DNA from: Camelus dromedarius
Lineage: Eukaryota
DNA length: 64,000 nt
Assembly: GCF_036321535.1 (NCBI RefSeq)
Contig: NC_087437.1
Location: 112,780,001-112,844,000, forward strand
Direction of reading: 5' to 3'
Under the pieces are notes generated by a model, which searched no databases, had not been told where the DNA came from, and was given only the letters and a program-made list of their open reading frames with translations. Below, piece by piece: positions 61,681-64,000 of the stretch. How positions within the stretch are numbered: position 1 is the first letter of the stretch; each line of letters starts with the position of its first letter. Both the position numbers and the translations under genes were made by a program.

Positions 61681-64000
61681 AGTAACTCAATGAAAATTAC
61701 ATTTGGGGTTGATGACGTCTGAGTGCTTGTTCAGAATCATGTTCTTAAACAGGGAATGCCTATTAGCAAGATAATTAAGGCCCTTAATAGGAAGGACCAT
61801 AATTTGTTGGGTTTTAGAAGACTTAGAGGCTGAGGAACAACAGTACAAAACAAATATTGACTGAGTTGAGGTTTGCCAAGAAATTCAAGTCTGCACTGCA
61901 CTAATAAAAATGAAATGAAAATACCTTTCTGTGGAGACTAACACTAAGGCAGTGATGACTATAATGAATCAGAAATCCTTTGTCCATAGACCATTCTGGT
62001 TGACAATAAGAGATTAAACATTACCCTAATGGTAGGGAAATTATTAATAGCTGCTACTTATTTATAGCCATTTATTGCCAGTCTCTGGGGAAGGGGAAGA
62101 AGCAGAAAGGTGCAGGTACAGATGGCTTTGAAGCACGTCAGCAATGCCTGTCGTTTCTCCTTTCTCTTCTCTCCATTCCCTTTTCCAAACTGAAAAGCTG
62201 GGACTCGGTGCCCAGGTGGAGGAGCAGGGAGGGAGGAGCAGAGCGATCTGGGAGATGGCTGAGGAAAGCAAGAACAACAGTTCAGATTCTTTATGTAGTC
62301 CTTGGTGTAACTTTACTCTCATTTAAATTTTTCCCGCCTTGTAATTTAGTGAAGTTGGAGCTTCAAAGTGTCAAAGTGTCTCTGGACATCACCTCCAGCC
62401 GTGGCTCTCAGCCCTGGCAGGCACCAGAAGCACTTAAACAGAAGGCTGAAAACTGCACGTTCCCACTCCACCCCCTTTCCTGGGTATTCTGTTTCCCTAG
62501 ATGATGATGAGTAGAAATCCAAAATCTGTAGTTTGTAAGGTCCCACGGGGGAGTCAGATACCTCGCCTGGGTGGAGGCATTGACTTGCAGGCTCAGGGCT
62601 GCTCTCTGGGGTTCTCTTTAAGTTGTAAATAGCCCTGGGGAGGTGGAGCTGCTCTGAACTGTAGATGGCTGAGTGAACTGCTTTGAATAGGCTGCCTTCC
62701 CAGACATGAGTGAGATTTGCGTGACTTTATGGTGTGGGGAGTAGGGGGTTCAGAGGAGGGCTCTGAAAGAACGTTCTGGAAGGGGTTTGGAGCATGGAAG
62801 CATTGGGCATGTTAGGGCAAGGAAGAAGGGACAAGGTAGGAAAGGTCTCGGTGGTAGGAAAGGCTTCCAGGAGGGAGAAGAGAGGGCACCCAAGGTGCCT
62901 CTGAGAGCCCTCCCCTGCCTGGGGATTTATTGTGCGCACCACACCCCTGGACCTCAGAGCTCGCTATCTCCAGCCTCTCCCCTTCCCTGCGGTGGGTGGG
63001 GCATACCAGCCTGCTAAGGAAATTCTTGGAAAGAAACTGCAGTGCAACCATCTAAGACTGGTACTTTTCCACTGCATGTGTTGATCTTTGCTTCTAGAAC
63101 TCCTGGCACGTACACCCCTATGATCTCGTAAGGGGCTGGGGCTCTCCGGAGGGACTTTAAGCTTTGGCTGCACCCTGTCACGGTGGCGCTATGAGTCTGT
63201 TGACGTCACCACCTTAAGTTTTTCTCCTCTGACTCATTCACCATCTTCAGTTCTCCTCAGTCTCGTGTCCACCCATCTTCAGAGATTTGTGATGAAGGGA
63301 TGTGTTTTTTCACTGTGGCCTACGCTTGCCACCTGCCTCCCAATTTTCCTCTTGTCTTCAGAAACTAGTTATTTTTACGAAGGAGCATGCGTCCCTCCAA
63401 ACCAATCTGAAAACAAATATGGTTTTGGCATAACGAGCCTGCCTCCTCTAAGGTAACGGCTGCTCAGTCCCAGTAGCTGTCACTTCCTTCACGTGAGTGG
63501 GGCGTGTGTTTCCTCTTGTGGTTCCTCTTTGTTTCTCTGCCCGCCCCGCTCTGTGGACGGGACTCCTCGCTCCAGACCCCGCATATCTGATCCGTCTCAT
63601 CTCCTGGAACCAATGGGCAGAAGATTCTGACCACGTTGTTGTCTTCCTTCAAAATCTCCTCCAGCAGCTTAAGATTTTTGCTGCAAGACTAGGCTGGTTT
63701 CCTGTCTGTCATCCTTATCAATGTCTTCTCTTTCTGGGGTGAGTCTGGTGGGCATTGCTTTAGTTTTGTCAATTCCATACATATTCTGTGCTCGGGGTCA
63801 TGAGGGAGACAAAACTAAAAGGGACTCATCCCACTTCAAGAAGAGATTTCCATGTGATGGAATTTTCTTTCTCATGAAATAACCTGAGAATAAACAGTCT
63901 AGTGTTGGGAACCCGGGCTCCTTCTGTCTTAACTTTGCCCCCTTTGCATGATCTGAGATACTTCTCAACCAAGTCTTGATCCAGTCCTGATCCGGAAGTT

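Noticed and set aside
1..64000. CRISPR arrays, operons, phage or defence systems, NUMTs, rRNA/snRNA genes
   Set aside because: Eukaryotic intron/repeat architecture throughout. I saw no repeat-spacer arrays, gene-dense segments or recognisable structural RNA genes.

Overview
This is mammalian nuclear DNA, most likely from a camelid (alpaca, llama or camel). That assignment is inferred from three copies of a short tRNA-derived SINE resembling the camelid Vic-1 type and from a young lineage-specific L1 family. The only protein-coding gene I can support is ATP5PO (ATP5O, mitochondrial ATP synthase OSCP subunit) on the minus strand. Its exons 1-5 (441 nt, 147 codons, all GT-AG) lie at 7338..1632. 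I did not find exons 6-7 in 1..1631, so they presumably lie left of the window. A CpG-island promoter with NRF1-like, ZNF143/THAP11-type and CRE-like motifs sits at about 7050-7830. The remaining ~56 kb is repeat-rich non-coding sequence (L1, L2, MIR, MaLR/ERV LTRs, DNA transposon fossils, microsatellites) with a few candidate enhancers and a good CTCF motif; from memory, the human orthologous interval carries the lncRNA LINC00649. Almost all ORF-track entries are chance or repeat-derived. I see no multi-gene novel system. The best leads are: (1) a 2.9 kb L1 with intact ends and a perfect TSD but lacking almost all of ORF2, nested inside an older L1 inside a MIR, which may be a non-autonomous or spliced L1 derivative; (2) an extra histidine (H35) in OSCP, a protein known for having a single functionally important His; (3) an unexplained inverted-repeat pair at 17.2/18.9 kb. 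Repeat subfamily names are from recall of consensus sequences, not from a search.
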